From the NCBI GenBank assembly GCA_963422375.2, contig OY729428.2, positions 3,072,001 to 3,136,000 of the forward strand: DNA of 64,000 nt, in the 5' to 3' direction. Source of the DNA: Bryobacterales bacterium (lineage in GTDB: Bacteria; Acidobacteriota; Terriglobia; Bryobacterales; UBA6623). A program made the position numbers and the translations under genes. The notes beneath the pieces are model-generated. The model saw only the letters and a program-made list of their open reading frames with translations. It was not told where the DNA came from and ran no database searches. Positions 62,497-64,000 of this stretch are shown here, one piece after another (the stretch's first letter is position 1; the number at the start of each line of letters is the position of its first letter).

Positions 62497-62922
62497 TCAG
62501 CGCTCTTCCGCGCCAACAGGTGGATGGCCCGGCGGCAGTATGCCGCCTTGCGACTCCACGGGTGGGTGGCCTTGCGGGAGGCCCGGAACGGCTCCGTGAC
62601 CAGGAATAGCCTCTTCGGCCGGCCCTGCGACCGATTCGGGCGGCACCACCATCCAGCCGCCTTGCGTCTCCTCCAGCTCGTAAATCATCTTCATCGCCGC
62701 CATGGGGTCGTCCGACGACATGATCGACACCGACGCGACGGCGCGGCTGCCGTCGTACCGGATCCGGTCCGCCCTGACCTGCATCCGTCCCATTCTCAGG
62801 TCGGTCTGCTCGGCCAGATAGGCCTCGACCGCTGCCTCGACCTCGGCAGGCGATCGCGGCCGTTCGTATCCGCAGCCAGCCAAGAGCAACGCGGCGACTG
62901 TCGCGACAACCGTTAGCGGCAT
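62497..62922 (-). CDS. Hypothetical lipoprotein with C-terminal LPxGHPP repeats
   Basis: Lipobox LLAGC; IPGHG, LPQGHPPV, LPPGHPPV. Confidence 0.75.
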   Translation of the reverse strand: MPLTVVATVAALLLAGCGYERPRSPAEVEAAVEAYLAEQTDLRMGRMQVRADRIRYDGSRAVASVSIMSSDDPMAAMKMIYELEETQGGWMVVPPESVAGPAEEAIPGHGAVPGLPQGHPPVESQGGILPPGHPPVGAEER

Positions 62923-62967
62923 GGGGTCCTCTTGCCCGGCAAAATCGTCGGGGAGCCTTCCGCAGGG

Positions 62968-63486
62968 CTACCGAACCACTTCCCACGCCAGGTGCGCGAG
63001 TTCCGGGAGAATCAGCTTCTCCCAAGCGAGGCGCACCGCCGCCGGGGATCCGGGGGTGGATACGATCGCCTTGCCGCGGAACACGCCGGCCGTAGCGCGC
63101 GAGAGCATCGCGGCGGCCCCGACCTGCTCGTAGCTCAGCATCCGGAACAGTTCGCCGAAACCCGTCAGCTCTTTTTCAATCTCGCGGCTGAGAACGTCGA
63201 ATGTCCGGTCCCGCCGCGAGATTCCCGTGCCTCCGTTGAAGAGTATGAGCTGCACGGACTCGTCCGCCGCAAGTGCGTGCAGGGCCGCCCGCACTTGGTC
63301 GGGCTCGTCCCGGACGATGCGAATCGAGTGCAGGAGATTGCCTGACCGCTCAATCGCGTCGCTCAAGAAGGCCGCGTTGGCATCGGTCTTGGCAGTGCGC
63401 GTGTCGCTCACGGTAACGACCGCCAGCGTCACGCTGCCGCGCGCTGCCGCGCGCTGGCGATGCTCGTCGCTGCTGTGCGAGGCCAT
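62968..63486 (-). CDS. moaB: Molybdenum cofactor biosynthesis protein B (MogA/MoaB)
   Basis: [36 protein letters not shown]. Confidence 0.93.
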   Translation of the reverse strand: MASHSSDEHRQRAAARGSVTLAVVTVSDTRTAKTDANAAFLSDAIERSGNLLHSIRIVRDEPDQVRAALHALAADESVQLILFNGGTGISRRDRTFDVLSREIEKELTGFGELFRMLSYEQVGAAAMLSRATAGVFRGKAIVSTPGSPAAVRLAWEKLILPELAHLAWEVVR

Positions 63487-63518
63487 TGGCAGCTCTCCCC
63501 CCGGCGCGTCGCAGCGCT

Positions 63519-63977
63519 CTATTTACCGACCGCCTTGCGCCCGGCCTTCTTGACGAAGTCCACAACCGCCAAGGTGCCGTCCCTAGCTCCCCGGCCCGCC
63601 GCCTTCACGGTCTCCGTCGTTTCCTCGGCGGCTCGCGTGACGCCTTGGCCAACGCCTTCAGCACCGGCCCGGGTAGCCCGGCCCGCCACCACCACGGTCT
63701 CGGCAACCTCCCTGCCCGCGACCTCGCCGCCATCGGCAACCTTCTTCGCCCCGGCCTCTGTGCCCTTTCCGACGGCCTCCGCGCCGTCGACGGTTTCCTC
63801 CACGACCACCATCGCGCCCTCGGCCACAGCCTTGGCAGCCGTCTCTATGCCGCTCGCCGCCTTAACGATGGCGCCGTCCGAGCCGACCGCGGCCCTCGGT
63901 GCGAAGAAGGTAAGGCCGGGCAATGCCGCCAGAGTGGCTGCAGCTGCTCCGAATCTTGCCCACTTAACATTTCGCAT
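63519..63977 (-). CDS. Hypothetical secreted Ala/Gly/Val-rich protein
   Basis: GGAGG RBS upstream, signal-peptide-like N-terminus, low-complexity helical body. Confidence 0.7.
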   Translation of the reverse strand: MRNVKWARFGAAAATLAALPGLTFFAPRAAVGSDGAIVKAASGIETAAKAVAEGAMVVVEETVDGAEAVGKGTEAGAKKVADGGEVAGREVAETVVVAGRATRAGAEGVGQGVTRAAEETTETVKAAGRGARDGTLAVVDFVKKAGRKAVGK

Positions 63978-64000
63978 CCTGCACCTCCGCGCTCGCGACC

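Overview
This is a GC-rich bacterial chromosome segment. Gene content (DUF1549/1553+DUF1501 and DUF1592+DUF1552 modules, sulfatases, a cadherin/FN3/CARDB surface protein, many IS1595 elements) suggests an Acidobacteriota-like, possibly sponge- or host-associated organism; this is inference only. Housekeeping genes are dtd, tRNA-Ala(GGC), lysS, a frameshifted recJ, hemL and moaB. Catabolic and periplasmic genes include a PQQ dehydrogenase with a lanthanide-type D-x-D motif, two sulfatases, PhyH, an enolase-superfamily enzyme, an SSS transporter and Gfo/Idh/MocA. These are interspersed with a heavy load of decaying mobile DNA: four full copies plus two orphan ends of one ISNwi1-group IS1595 (TIR GGGAATTATATATCTGAGT, with a long non-coding 3' arm); a second ISNwi1-like element carrying a NotI-like nuclease fragment and a small 'YQPSKAELE' protein; a probable ancient relic with a homologue of that small protein; a CCTGATT-ended IS1595; and an IS1634 remnant. 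Defence-related genes are a single-chain type ISP-like R-M enzyme and remnants of an MbcA/ParS antitoxin and an AAA ATPase. The most notable signals are the IS-borne small protein family, a strong A:T->G:C bias with many short tandem duplications in the decaying DNA, and the repeated uncharacterised heme/DUF1501 modules. No CRISPR array, DGR or tRNA-anchored island could be supported. All family calls are from motif recognition by eye, not database searches.
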